A stretch of DNA of 63,980 nucleotides, counting the filler, from Reticulomyxa filosa (lineage: Eukaryota > Protista > Foraminifera): the NCBI GenBank assembly GCA_000512085.1. It is 22 parts of 22 records of this genome, joined end to end, with 100 filler letters (N's around TTAATTAATTAA, not from the genome) between each part and the next. Parts side by side here need not be neighbours in the genome. Positions count along the whole stretch, not along the records: positions 34,180 to 38,699 come from ASPP01006671.1; positions 38,800 to 44,354 come from ASPP01020087.1; positions 44,455 to 45,542 come from ASPP01022821.1; positions 45,643 to 49,021 come from ASPP01012075.1; positions 49,122 to 56,819 come from ASPP01009875.1; 17 more parts are not named here. The stretch is one strand, 5' to 3'. Position 1 is the stretch's first letter; every line of letters begins with the position of its first letter. Made by a program: the position numbers and the translations under genes. A model generated the notes under the pieces. That model was not told the origin of the DNA. It ran no database searches and was given only the letters and a program-made list of their open reading frames with translations. Shown here piece by piece: positions 36,839 to 50,685 of this stretch.

Positions 36839-38655
36839 TCAAAGAGTATATTTATTTGAAATGGTTGGCATTTGTTTGGCTAGTTTATGGTCCCAGTTTG
36901 AAAAGGAAAAAAAATCACCAAATATTGGATCACCTTTACCAAAAGTATTATTTCTTTGACTTCTTGAGTAAAAATACCTCATATTCTTTCACCTGTTCAA
37001 TTCAAGCATCACATTTTTAAACGGATTAGTTTAATAATTTTAAATAATAAAATAAATAAAAAAAAAAAAAGAAATGGTATACCGTGAAGTTGTAAGTTCC
37101 GGCAAGAAAAGTTTGACTTCGAGGACACGAATACGAATGGCCAGCATTTGCATAGGAGCTGGAAGTAGTATTGCAATTGTTGCACAAACAAAAATCATGA
37201 CCACCACCGAATGTGGGACCATAACTCGAAGTGTGATTCAAACTGTTGGAAGATCCGTGACATTTAAACTATCACACCGCCAACAGTAAAACATTACAAA
37301 AATAATGTTTTCTCTTCAGGCAATTGTAAAAAAAAAAAAAGAATAAAATGATATATGACAAAACAAAACAAGACACACCTTTCCTGGAATTCTCCAATTT
37401 TTGCCAAAACTCTTTTGTTGTATCTTCAAGTTTTTCTTCCATTTTTTGGTATGCATTTTCGGTTCTCTTAATTTGAAAATGAACGCTTTGGGATCAAATC
37501 TGTACCCACCAGTGCTCGACCATGGCAAGGAAGCATAGCCCCCAAATACATGTCCCAAGGTTGTGTGTACGACAACCACAGTAGATCCTTTTTAAATTTT
37601 TGGATCAAAGTTTTTGAAAAAAAAATGATCAGTTTGGAAAATTTTTTTTTGAAAAGGGGGGGGGGGCACTTAAAAAAAAAAAAAAAAAAAAAATTATTAA
37701 TACCTTTTTTATTATCACATTTTTGATGAAAGTTATAAGCAGAAAACTGTGCTTTGGAAGCCCGGAAAAGGAGTTGCCATGGGTATTGCCGTTTTCTTTT
37801 TTTGGCAACCATTCAACCAACAGCCTTTTGTCCTCAGTTTTAAGTATTTTGGATTTGATAAAGACTTTTTTGGTTTGAACGCGAAGACAAGGAGAAAAGT
37901 GGCTCCACCCACTTTCATTTTGGGCGCGAATGCGAACCAAGTAGACGGAGAGCTCTTTAAGCCCATTAACGACGCAACGGAAAAAGCCCGGTTTTTCGGA
38001 ATTGGTGATTTTTTTGAGGTGTTTCTTGGCATGTTTGCCAGTGAGCTTTAAAGAGACAGTTTGCTTCCATTGCAAATCGGGGTATTTGCGTAGCAATGCC
38101 TCGGGGTTCATTTCCACTTTGTTCGACAGTAGGTTGTACGCACTACTTTTCTTCAAAGAGTCGCGTTGTATTTCCTCCCCTCTGCCAGGGACGATTTCCA
38201 CCTCTTCCTCTTTTTCCTCTTCTTTCTTCTTCTTCATATTGCCTTCAGTGTCCCTGTTCTCGGACTTTTTCTTTTTTTTTTTGTCGATTTCGTTTTTTTA
38301 TGACCTTTGGCATGCTTCTTGCCCTTTTTGCCTTTTGCACTTCTTGACGTATCGTCACTATCATCACTGTCGCTTTCGTCAGACGAGTCTTCATCATCGT
38401 CATCGTCATCATCGTCATCATCATCATCGTCATCGTCGTCATCATCTTCCGTTTCAGATTCACTGTCGCTATCACTGTCATCATCCGACGATTTCTTCTT
38501 CTTTTTTCGACTTTTTTCGACCCACTTTTCTTTCTTTTTGCTTGTCCCCTCTTCTTCGTTTCCGTCACTCTTTCCGTCTCTGGCAACAGCGCCACTTCTA
38601 TTGAATACTCATTTACCGGTTTGGTCTCGGCCAACTCAAGCATTTTCCAATGCAA
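36839..38655 (-). CDS. FN3 + TLDc domain protein (5' truncated)
   Basis: GLKELSVYLVRIRAQNESGWSHFS (FN3); LLFRAS..FHQKCDNK, VFGGY, AFIFKL, YGPTFGGGHD and LAG.YNF.VKEYEVF (TLDc); acidic insert with homopolymer frameshifts. Confidence 0.88.
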
Positions 38656-38656
38656 C

Positions 38657-38687
<31 letters not shown>

Positions 38688-38799
38688 AAAAAAAAAAAAN
38701 NNNNNNNNNNNNNNNNNNNNNNNNNNNNNNNNNNNNNNNNNNNTTAATTAATTAANNNNNNNNNNNNNNNNNNNNNNNNNNNNNNNNNNNNNNNNNNNN

Positions 38800-41174
38800 A
38801 CAGGGACAGGGACAGGGACGGAGACCGAGATCGTGACCGCGACAGAAACAGAGACAGGAATCGAGATAGGAACAGAGACAAAAACCGAGATAGGAATAGG
38901 GACAGGGATAGAAACCAAGGACAAATGGATGGTTATGGCCACAACTACAGTCCTAATAGCTATCGGAGAGGAAACAACAACAATAACAATAACAATAATG
39001 AGTTTGAACCGGAGTGGATAGCGAATGATGCAGATATTGACGAAGAGTCGGGTGCATTTTTCAAAAAAGGACTAAACGAAATTGACCCCCAACAGCTCCA
39101 AGTGCCCCACACGTTCTCGCCCGCTCCTTATCGTTCCTTACACCGGTACAATAGCCCTTATTCGGTTGGCGACCACACATCACGCATTCATTCGCCCATG
39201 ATCAACGACGATCAAAAAGTGCTTGAAAAAAAAGAAGGAAAAAGAAAGAGAAAAAGCAAGAAGCACTTGTTTGGATTGCTTGTTTCGCTGTGACGTCGAA
39301 AATGTATTTGAATGGTTGGAACTATTTCTACTTGGAGCATTCTTTGGTAATTTGTTTGTTTGTTTTTTTTTGCAAATAAATGCATAAGTATTGAAGGAAA
39401 ATATATACATATATGTATATGTGTATGTATGTATGTTGTGTAAAGGATTTATGGTATGTTGGGGCCTATGGAACGAACATAAGAGCAAAGGAAGCGTATT
39501 GCTTGTGTTATCTGTATTTATAACGGTGCTGTCGGTGATTGTGATCAATATGCGTCGCGGACACAGTGCCATGTTAAGGATGGACGAAATTGTTCGAATG
39601 GTAAATGACTTTCGGGTCGTGTGGTTTATCCTCTGTGTCGTCATCGAGTTTGTTGTGGATATCGTCTTTCTCGCTAACAACAACAAACCCTTTTGGATTA
39701 CTCACGCCTTGGTTTGGGTTGTCAGTGGGCTTTGCTTTGTCACCTTAGACTTTGCTACGTTAGTTGCATATGTTTTTGCTCATTGTGGCAAAATGTACTT
39801 GTACATTTATGTACGTATACATATATATGCATATGCATGTTTTATTTTGTTTTTTTTGAATGAAAAGATATTTGTCAATGTTGGGTCGCTTTGCCTATCC
39901 ACTAGTATTTTTAGTTATTGTGACGATTGAAATGGTGGACAATGTGAAGAGACATCATAGTGATGAAGACATTGGTTTGCATATAGCTGATCGATCTTTC
40001 ACATTGTATGACCTCAAAATAGATTGCTTGTTGCTGGTAACGTGTGTCATTATGTCACTATTTTTCTTCGTTGTCATGGATCCCAATAAATCCTATTTTT
40101 TCTTTGGATTGCAGCCTGTCTCCAGAAGACCTTATTTTACTCGCTATCAATTGTCTCAAGAACCTTGGTTCACGTTGCGAAGCGAAGATTCGGCCCTGTT
40201 GTTGTGGCTTATTAATTTATCACGTGTGTAGACTTTTATTTGTTTGTATTGTTTCCAAAGACAAAACAACAATAAAATACCTTGCATGTGTTTAAATGAA
40301 TATGTACGCGCTCCGAAAGTGGTCACTTACGTGACTTTTTTTTTTTGGGATGGTGAAAATCTTTGGAAAGCAATTCCAAGTGGGGTGCTGTTGTGCTCTG
40401 TAGTCATTTTAATTTATGGTGAGTGCAGACTTGCTATTTTGAAGCACTTGGTCCGACAATTGCACACAATTGTATGGATGCTATCGCTGGTCGCCATGTG
40501 GACTGTCACTATTGCTGTTTCTTCACATCAACATTCACATATGATATGCAGTAATGTATTAAACAGCTTCACTTATTCTCTTGGCGTAGTTTTGTTTGTT
40601 TGCATGGATTCCTTTGTATCGTGCAGTACCAACTTCTTATTACGGGGAACTCTGCCGTCAATGTTTATTTTGATCTCTGGTTAGCCAATCTCTCTGTGTT
40701 GTGAAACTTTTTTTTTTAATTTGCTTAACACACTCCAAATTCATATTCATGTCCATCTCATTACAACAACAATAAGGATACTCTTGTTGGTATGCAACGT
40801 TCTATGATTCACATCAAATGAGTAAACATTGGCCGCATTTGATCATTCGCCCTGTTTATTACGTTAACATCACACTGGCTTTGTGTTCCATGGTCCAATA
40901 TTTAAGAGATCCCAAACACGTTTTTTTCATTTATCTTCAGCAACGAAGAAAGAAAAAACATATTCAAAAGAGAAGAACCTTGGCCGCCATCAATGAGTCC
41001 AATGCCAGACGCAATGAGATTGGAAAAAAGAAATTCTATCTTGGTTATAGTGGATTTGAGGACAAGGCTGACCTTGATGCGAGCGATAGATATTTAATTA
41101 ATACTACTCAAAGAGTACAAGGTTCAGGATATTCATCGAGTGAGGCAGAAGTATTTGACAAATACTTGGAATGA
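38800..41174 (+). CDS. Hypothetical polytopic membrane protein with Arg-Asp repeat N-terminal region (5' truncated)
   Basis: RDRDRN repeats then several exons with many hydrophobic segments; family not recognised. Confidence 0.55.
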
Positions 41175-41551
41175 ATTATAGCCACCATTTGCTTTTTTTT
41201 AACTTTTTTTTCCGACAATGTTCTGATACAAAAAAAAAAGATATTGAAAAATTTGTCTAAGTACCAAAGATCGAAAAATGCGCAAAATAAATGTGGCCAA
41301 AAAAAAGGAAAAATTTGAAAGTTTTTAACATAGAGACTTCCTCCTTTATAACTGCAAAATTTGACAAACAAGCAAAAAATTCCTTAAGTCTTGAATTTGG
41401 ATAAATCTGTGGAAAATGTTTTTCACCAAATGAAAATTTTAAACCAGGATTGTGAGAAATAAATTTTTAGCAATATTCGAATCATGTTTGAATGAACAAG
41501 AAGTGCCCAACAAAACAATTCAACCCAAAACAAACCATAAACAATTAATCA

Positions 41552-44341
41552 CTATTGAGTTGCTTCGAGTTGTTTTGCCTTGTCATTAGACTGACTTTGT
41601 TTAAGTTTGTTTCGCTGAGCCATTTGTTCATAATTCAAAATGATATGATCAAAGTCTCTGCGTACGTTACCAAGTTCACTATTTGGTCCACAATACAATA
41701 ATAAATCAGTAACACGTTCCAGTAGGTGCGATTTCAAATCTCGAATTCCTTGTCGTTTCCAATTGTCCAAAGCCAATACAAATTGTCGAGGGGAAATTGT
41801 TAACAACTGAGGATAATCGTTGATAAGTTGATTCAATTCTTGACCTTGAATTCGCAAGTCTCTTCGCAATATAACTAGTACATGTTTTTGTTGTGATTGA
41901 TTGGCATTTCCAATGGATTCGGGATGATTGCTGATGAAATCCGCAATTTTTTCTTTGCGTTCAGCTGAAACAATTTCGTGTTCTTCATGCTCAATATCTT
42001 TCAAGCTGTAAGTCGATTCTTCGCCAGAAACTTCTACGAATGAATAGTTGCGAATAGGTTTTTTGGAATTTTTGTTCCAAACTCCAAACTTTCCTTTTTT
42101 ATCTGCAAAAGGTAATGTTTTTTCCATTTGTCATCCAATTTCCCAATTTCATGTCCTTTCAAGATTTCATTCTATATTGTTTCCATTGGTAAGTGGCATT
42201 CATTTATTTTTCACAGCAAGCCAAAATTAAACAATGGAATTACATTTTCATAACTAAACAGGCAGCTAAAAAAATATATATATGTACATATACATATATG
42301 TATATGTGTATATAACATCAATGAATTTGAGACGGCGAAGTAGTTCTTTAGTCGAAGTAGATGCAAGGAAATGTGGTGCTGCATCCACGATTTGCTGGAA
42401 ATTGGTAACAGAATAGTTATCCAAAGTTTCCAGCAAATGGCGGACGTGATGTGCAGGTCTGCGCAACACCCGTGGGTCTCTCAAAATAAGTGTGCGCATG
42501 TCGGCGATTTGAAAGGTTTCCAATTGATGAATTTTGCGCCGAATGTCGTTCAATTCCATTGTCAATATTTCAGGAAATCGAACAAACAGTAAAAAGAAAT
42601 CATTGAATTTATCTGGCGTAGGCGACAATCCACTAGTCTTTTGCAAAGCATCCGTTGTGGGTGTTGCCACTCCCTCTTCAGTGCTTCCGGTATTGTCAGT
42701 TTGTACACTTTGCGTGTTTTCCTGAGCGTCCACCGCTTTTTTTTTTTAAAAAAAAAAGCAAAAGTGTATGTAATAAATTTAAATGTACACATCTATCATA
42801 TGCACATGCAATAAATATGTACATATACATGTAATAAGTATACATAAAAAGCGGTCTGTGTAAAAAAAAAGATACAAAACCTTGAAACTCATTGTATGGC
42901 CATATATTTCGAGGTTGATCAGACTTGAACCCGTGTTGTTTGAGCAACTGCACAACTTCATAGACAGTGTCAGGCGAGACGGACCAAACAGGATGAGCTG
43001 TGGATGCATCCGGTGTTTGATATAACTCTGCATTTTTCATGAGCATTCCCGCCGACTTGCGTTTCGGTTTGACTTTTTCGATTTCGTACAGTTCACTCAC
43101 TTGCTCAGGCGTCAGAATGTCGGCCGTCTTGAACGGCGAGAAGCTGCTCAAATCGCGCTTCTCATTTTCGGTTTGATCTTTCAGCATTGCCGTCAATCCA
43201 CTCGTCTGAATTGCCCGTCGCAAAGTCGGGCTCAACGGCTTTGGCTTTTCACCACGAGCAATGGCCGCGCGTTGTTCCGCAACATCACTTTCTTTCACCA
43301 TTAACTTGGTTGTTTTTACCTTTGCCAACGCTATTGAGTCTTTTATTTTATTTTATTTTATTTTTTATTTTTTTTTTTTTAAGTTCCGCATTGCAGTTAC
43401 TTTCACATACCATTGCCTTCGGTCCCTGCATCAATCACCTTGGTCTCGTCCGCAGATAGTTTCGTCTGCTCATCCGACGAAAGGGCATCTGGCTCTTCGT
43501 CCTTTGCAATCTTTTGTACTGTGGCGGACGTCACCTCATCATCCCAGTGGATTTCCGTTCCCGTCAGCTCTTCGCTTTCTGTTCAGCAATGATCCCCCCC
43601 TTTTTGTTTGTCTCATTACAAGTCATTGGTTTGAATATATACATATATACATATATACATATATGTATATGTTTATATGATAACAACAAAATAATAAATA
43701 ATAATACCTGCCAAGATGTCTTCTGTTCGTGGGTCTGGAAATAACTGAAACACAACATCCGGATATATGTCACACTCGTTTTGCAAAATGTTTAGTATCC
43801 TTGACTTGTCGGCTGGGACGTGCGTAAGGACACCTTCTTCGGGCCTCGGAGGCTCCCCTCGTCGCAATGAAAATTGGGTGGATCGCGATTCACTTTGTGT
43901 CTTTGTCTTGTCCGACGTCTCTTTGTCTTTCTTCCTTGAAAAAATATTCAGTGGATTTATTCGCTCCAAGATGGACTTGCGCTCGTGTTGCAATTTCCTT
44001 CTTTGCTTTTTACGCTCGTATTCTTCTGGTGTTTCACTAAACGCTTCTGCTGGTGCCTCATCTTCGTCTTTTATTTCTTTCTTTTCTTGAGTTCTCTTTG
44101 CTTCGCTCTTTTTCGTTTCTCTTTTAACTTTCATCCAACTTCGCGATTCGGGCTCTTTTGCTCCTTCTTGTTTCTCATTGTCCACTTCTTGTGACATGCC
44201 CCGCTTCGCTATCATTGTCCAATCATTTTCTAGTCGAATCCCCAACATGCCCCTTCCATAAATACCTCTTAGAGAAAAAGACCAAGGCAGATATGCTCGA
44301 CATGATGTTCGAATCAGTCTCGATGCAATATGAGTATTCAT
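41552..44341 (-). CDS. Mitochondrial-targeted mTERF-like repeat protein
   Basis: Arg-rich, acid-free N-terminus; repeated helical units (RFPEILTM, RDPRVLRR, AAPHFLAS, DYPQLLTI); several introns. Confidence 0.55.
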
Positions 44342-44454
44342 GGCTTTTTTTTTTNNNNNNNNNNNNNNNNNNNNNNNNNNNNNNNNNNNNNNNNNNNNTT
44401 AATTAATTAANNNNNNNNNNNNNNNNNNNNNNNNNNNNNNNNNNNNNNNNNNNN

Positions 44455-45321
44455 CGGATCACATACTCCTCTACATTACGTCTTTGTAGATGTGTAGTTG
44501 CATCATTTCCTGCTTTGCGAAGAGCAAAATCAGTGTCCAAAATGGATATGAGCTTTTTGTCAAGATCGTCGTATTTACCATCGGAAGTATCACTATCTCT
44601 AAACTTGTTGGGAAAGCTGCTTGCCAAAGGATTGTCTTCAATAAATGACGACAAATAATTGATGCATGGAAGAAAAAAAATAAGTTGCAGCTTTGAAGAA
44701 TGGCGAAAGCGATCTTCTTTTAAATCATTTTTTAACATCTCGTAAGCTATGTTGGAATTTTGATCGCTTTTGTTTTGGAAAAGCCATTGAAAAATGGCAA
44801 ATAAGTGCCAAGAGGATAACAGTTTTCCACTCCTTTCTGGCAGGTTACGTAGCCATACATATTTAAGTATCTTTTTATTTCAATCAATGTGTACATATAT
44901 ATATATTTTTTTTTTTTTAAAAAAAATTTGTTATAAAATAAACTGGTATCAAAGTAATAGTGGACTTCTCCAATTCTCTTTTGATCCCTTCCAACATGTT
45001 GCAAAAGAATTCTGGTAATACCTTTTCGATCACTGAACTTAGATCATTTTTTGCTTCAAGTGCAAATTCTAAAGATGGCCAATCTGTGATATTGTCAATT
45101 AAATGATTAAACACGGTAGTCTCAAATGCAATCGGCACTTTTTCTCTTAGCGATCGGAGTAAATATATTTTACAATTGTCATTTACATTGTTCCATACGT
45201 TGTTGTATTGAAATAAAATTGAACTATTTTGCTCCACTTGAAACTCGCCAACGAAGATGTGATCACCAATCTTTTGTAAGTGATGCTCTAAATCATGGAT
45301 TTATGTGTTGAAAAATATCCA
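44455..45321 (-). CDS. Hypothetical protein (3' truncated)
   Basis: Same-strand ORF chain with an intron at about 44870-44944; no motif recognised. Confidence 0.4.
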
Positions 45322-45751
45322 TTGAAAAAGAAATAAGAAATGGAGTGATATTTCATTTTTTTTTTATAAAAAAAAAAAAAGCTGACTTTGTTGATCATGT
45401 GAAAATGAAATAACAGGTTGATCAGTTTGTGTCACGAAAGCATAAATTCGAAAAGGTCGTTTTTGTTTTGTGATGCTGTCTGACTTTTCATCACTGTTCA
45501 GAGATTGGTCAGACCGATGATTACAATAGATAGTAATTTGTGNNNNNNNNNNNNNNNNNNNNNNNNNNNNNNNNNNNNNNNNNNNNTTAATTAATTAANN
45601 NNNNNNNNNNNNNNNNNNNNNNNNNNNNNNNNNNNNNNNNNNTAATTTTTTTTTTAAAAATATCTACAAGTCTTGTAGGCGTTCAGTTTTCTTTGCAACC
45701 TACTGTAGCATATATAACATATATTTATCCTTTATTGTTTGTGTTTAATAG

Positions 45752-46813
45752 TCAATCACTTTCATTCTTAATACATTTCGTTCATCATGTAAATTACTTC
45801 AATCGTTGATTGGACATACTAGTAATGTATGGAATATTGACTATTTAACATTTAATAATGATCAATTACTTTGTTCTGGATCATCTGATAAAACAATTCG
45901 TGTATGGAATATTAAAGATAATAAACAAATTCAATCATTTAATGGACATACAAGTCATGTATATTGTGCAAAATTTTCACCATATCATTATTATAATAAT
46001 CATCGTAATGTTATTTGCTCTTCGTCATATGATACAACTATTCGTTTTTGGGATATTAAAAATAATAAACAATTTGAAATACTTAATGAAAATATTAGCA
46101 GTGTTGGTGGAATTGAATTATCATCATTTAATTGCGGCAAATATTTAGTTTCTGGACTATGGAATAAAACAATTCGTTTATGGGATATTGAAACATATAA
46201 ATTATTACATATTTTCGATGGACATGCAAGTCGTATTTGGTGTATAGATATTTCACCATTACAAAGTAATAGTAATAAAAATAATAATATTTGTGTGATT
46301 GGTGGTAATGGTTATACTATTTGTTCTGGATCATATGATAAAACTATTCGAGTGTGGGATATTGAAACAGCTAAACAATTAATTGTTTTTAAAGGACATG
46401 GCCTTATAATAAATAGTGTAAAATATGGCTCAAATGAATTAGGAGTTAATTGTGGTGCAAATACAATATTATCTGGATCAGAAGATTATAGTGTTCGTTT
46501 ATGGGATATTCGTTCTGGTCAACAAATTCAATCATTTAACGGGCATAATGATAGAGTAAATGCTGTTGAATATTCTCCATTTGTTGTAAAAAATAAAAAA
46601 ATATGTATTAATTCAAATGTAATATGCTCTGGATCAAGTGATAAAACAATTCGTTTTTGGGATATTCGATCAAATAAAAAGGAAATATGTATGATTCATG
46701 AAAATGATGAAATATATAGTATTAAATTTTTACAATTAAAAAATAATAATTCTTATTATTCTGTTAATATGTGCTATGGTTTAAATAACGGTTCAATTCA
46801 TATTTGTGGATAA
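45752..46813 (+). CDS. WD40-repeat protein of an expanded family
   Basis: Multiple GH...CSGS.DKTIR.WD repeats; acceptor AG at 45750-45751. Confidence 0.95.
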   Translation, partial: SITFILNTFRSSCKLLQSLIGHTSNVWNIDYLTFNNDQLLCSGSSDKTIRVWNIKDNKQIQSFNGHTSHVYCAKFSPYHYYNNHRNVICSSSYDTTIRFWDIKNNKQFEILNENISSVGGIELSSFNCGKYLVSGLWNKTIRLWDIETYKLLHIFDGHASRIWCIDISPLQSNSNKNNNICVIGGNGYTICSGSYDKTIRVWDIETAKQLIVFKGHGLIINSVKYGSNELGVNCGANTILSGSEDYSVRLWDIRSGQQIQSFNGHNDRVNAVEYSPFVVKNKKICINSNVICSGSSDKTIRFWDIRSNKKEICMIHENDEIYSIKFLQLKNNNSYYSVNMCYGLNNGSIHICG

Positions 46814-47213
46814 ATAATATCAGAAATAATTATCAATCTTTAATCAACAAATTATGTCATACATGGAAAACAAGTCTATTTTCTTTTCTATTGTAGGAAC
46901 AATGCTTGCACTAAAAAAAAGTGTATCAATTACAATTCATACGTATCATTTCTTTAAATAATTTTATATCCTTTTCATAAAGAACAATAAAAAATCTCCC
47001 AAAAACTAGAATAACTATATTTGAAATTTGAGTTTTTAAAAGGGGTTCCCTTTTTTAGTTCGCAAGCTCATAGCAGCATAATGAAGCATTTTGTTTGATT
47101 TTAAGCCGTTTGATGTTTTGGTTGTAATCTGAAAGCGAGTAATTTATAGGTTAGAAGGAAGAAGTAAATGTTCAAAAATAGATAAAAAAAAAGAAAAGAA
47201 ATAACAAAAGAAT

Positions 47214-48995
47214 TTATTTTCGATTGACAATGAAACACATTCTAGCTTCAGCATTTTTAAAAGGGGTTTTTAATTCTTTGGGAGAATCAACAACGCTCAG
47301 TAAACAAGAAAGAATGCCTTCATGAGCAACAACAGCAATAAATTTTTCTTTGCGTTGCATTAAAAACTCATAGAAATGCCAAGCGCGTTCATTCATAGCC
47401 TCATAGGACTCGTGTTTACGCAATTGATGAAACAGACGGTCATCGTTGTGTTCACAAAGACTGAAATCGACCCACGGGAATCTTTTTTCTTTTCTTCAAT
47501 GGTGTGTCGACGATTGAAATGAGGTGTTAGTTGTTCGCGTAGTGACTCACAGGCGATCATTGGAATTGACTTTTTATATCATTTGTTAGTTGGTTGATTG
47601 GTTTGATATGATTGATTGGATGAGCAATCATAATTTTTTTTTTTTTTCAAAAAAAAAAAAAAAAAACGTACTCTGTCTTCCACAGTCAAAGCAGCAGTTT
47701 GTAACGTGCGATTCATGGTAGATACTAAAACCAGATTAAATCGCATGTATTGTGTCAACTGTTCTTTCAATTGTAGACATTGGAACTTTCCTTTTTCGGT
47801 GAGAAATGGATCAAACAAAGCGGGATCGGTGGGCCGGACATTGTTCATTGCTTGTCCGTGTCGTATGAACAACAGCGTCTTCAAATACGTCTTCTCTTGC
47901 GAAAAAGGAGGATTGGACGGAATGAACGGAGGAGACGATATACTGTGTATTGCAATGTGTTGGCAAATGCCAGGCCCAATTAGTTGCACGCGTTGAACAG
48001 ACTGACATATTGCACATTTTAATTCAAAGATCTGATGCCAATTGATGTCGGGGTCGGCCAAAAACCCAAACTCGCAATTCTCGCATTTACGCCAGCGTTG
48101 ATAGCGTTTCAACTTCTTGCCAAAGTGTTCGCCTACCACTTTCAGCATGTTCTTGTAGCTGCCATTGCGCAAGCGTTTCCAATTCGACGTTGTCTCTTCC
48201 TTCTCTTCCATTTCTTCCCCTTCTCTTCCGTTCGTCGCTAATGGCCAACTGCTGTTTTTCTCTATTCTCTCATTGCCATTGCCATTGCCATTGCCATTGC
48301 CATTGCTACTGTCATTGCCATTGTAACTATCATGCTCACTCTTTTTGTCGTCGCTTTTGCCATTGCCATTGCTATTGCCATTACCTTTGCTTGTCTTTTT
48401 CGACTGTCGTCCATTCAAAAGCGACAGATCTGACTCGTCTGGCAAATGCGACAATGTGAAGAAATGCGACTCCGGTGGCAAAGGCGCTTCGCATCCATTC
48501 TTCGGACATAAATACCTGTTGTTGATTCATTGAAACAAATATATATATATATATATATATACATATATGCACATAGTCAAAGTCTTTCTTTGTTTTGTTT
48601 TTGTTTTTTTTTTTGTATAAATAAAAAAGACGAAACCAAATGACTTTAGGTGATTTAGGTGGAGCGTGGAAGGTTTGCAACAAACAGCGAAAGCATACGC
48701 CATGTCCGCAGATGGTGTAGTAGTGCTTGTGTGAAAATTGGACTTGACATACGATGCAAGTGGGCATCGCCGCGATCTGCTTCAAAGGGGGGACGAACAT
48801 CACGTCGTCTTTGCGCTTGGCTTTTTCGTCGTGGTCGTTGTCTTTGCCATTCATTTCGCTCTCTTTCTTCGTGCTGTTTTTTTTGTGATGCTTCAGTATT
48901 TGTCGGTACGCTGTGTTTATGCACTTCTCCAAGTGTTCGAAGTCGTCTTGTCGAAACTTTCCACTTTGACATCGACGATATGCCTCGCAAATAAA
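47214..48995 (-). CDS. RING + partial IBR-like zinc module fused to a histidine phosphatase (PGAM-like) domain (5' truncated)
   Basis: CIVC..CGHGVCFRC..CPKNGC; KCENC..KCAIC; then FIRHGQ, DPFLTEKG..Q, STMNRTLQTA, LRE, HES and AVVAHEG; introns 48516-48636 and about 47550-47669. Confidence 0.8.
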
Positions 48996-49197
48996 CTGAA
49001 AACTTTTTTTTTTTTTTTTTTNNNNNNNNNNNNNNNNNNNNNNNNNNNNNNNNNNNNNNNNNNNNTTAATTAATTAANNNNNNNNNNNNNNNNNNNNNNN
49101 NNNNNNNNNNNNNNNNNNNNNATTTAAATATTTGCGTACATATATATATATATATATATTATATTGAAATGTAATACATAGAAAAAAAAGAATTACC

Positions 49198-50032
49198 TGG
49201 GGTACGACACCATAGTACTATCATGAGCAAAATCTTCACTATATATACAAAACTGTCGGTGGAATAATACCAGCCTAAGTCCTTCACGACAAAGTCTAAG
49301 ATACTATAATAACCAACCCATTTCCCCCCCCCCCCCACCCAAAGTTGTCGTCAACATGTACGCGCAATATGCATAGGGGTCATTTTTGCCACAAGCAAAT
49401 GTATACGTTGTGTATTTCAAAAAAAGTATCTCCTTTTTGCATTTGTCTCTTAGTTTTTTTTTTTTTTTTTTTTAAGAAAAAAAATTTTGGTGTACACTTC
49501 GCAAATTAATTACATTGGCGGAGAGTCTTAACAAGATGACAATAATTTCTAAGGTAAGCCATGGCAACACAATTCGGGTACCGATCCATCTTTCGTTGCC
49601 ATAGGTTTTTTTATTCTTCAAGAACCAGTTTTCGTTCACCACAGACTCGTTAAGATGCTGCTTCCATTCGCCTTGGATCGAACTTATTGTCCAATTCACG
49701 TAGAAATATAACATATAGTATCGGAATGTCATTGCCAAAAATGCCGATCGAGGACACAAGTCGTATACAACATTATGCAAGGCCTCGAGCACGTGCGCTG
49801 TCCTTTCGCTGGTGTCGGTTATGTATTGGTATAGAATCACCGGAATATAAATTAATATATAAATTCCCAAAAGTATTACCGATGCTACTTGTGGGTAAGG
49901 CTGTCGCTTGTGCAAAGCAGAGATATTGCAAAGTAAATAGTAGTGATGTGCTGCAAACAATATCAAAAAGGAACAAATAAATGCTATTATGCATTCGATA
50001 ACAAAAACAAATAAATCCAGATCACTCGACAT
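49198..50032 (-). CDS. Multi-TM receptor-like protein, N-terminal part (resembles protist 7TM-RGS types)
   Basis: Hydrophobic segments with KR.P after TM1 and a W..N..NWF..K.TYG loop; no RGS domain visible in the contig. Confidence 0.4.
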
Positions 50033-50685
50033 GATTGCCAAGCCCGGTTTAGTGTGTACGTGTTTTTTTTGTTGTTATTGTCACCGTTTTTACCTTTCTG
50101 TAACGTGAAAATTGCGAGTAATATTTTTTAACACTGAGAAGCGATCTCAATAGTGATGAAATGATCTTGGCATATTTATTTTAATCAGGAAATAAGACTT
50201 TCTGGTGTTACGAATACTTCACTTTACAATTATTTTTTAAAATATCTTATAGTAACCAATTCAAATTTATTCCACTTAATAAAGTTTAAGACAGCATTTT
50301 GCAAATACTATTTCAAAATATTGGTAACATTTGACTTTAAAATTTATATTTATAGTTAAAATAAAAATATTATATTATTTTTGAAAACATATGATGAAAG
50401 GAAAATTGTCTTGGTTAAAAACTAACTTATTGTAAACAATGACTTAGTTTTTTAGTAGCTCCAAAGTTTAGTACGTCTTAGAAAAATTTTACTAATAATT
50501 AACTACTCAAAAAAAGTTTGCTTCATTGTGTGCACACTTTTCAAAAAACAAGTTTTTGTTTCTGTAGGAACCAGAATAATTAAAAAACCAACAGCACACT
50601 TTTCAGTACCCAATGGAGAAAAAAATTGCAACATGGACAAAAAAAAAGGTGAAAAAGATGCACTGACCTCTATTGTTTCTCAGAT

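Noticed and set aside
38800-38925. Short-period repeat (CAGGGA/GACAGA) as a telomeric or CRISPR-like array
   Set aside because: It encodes an Arg-Asp repeat in frame with the downstream exon and has no unique spacers
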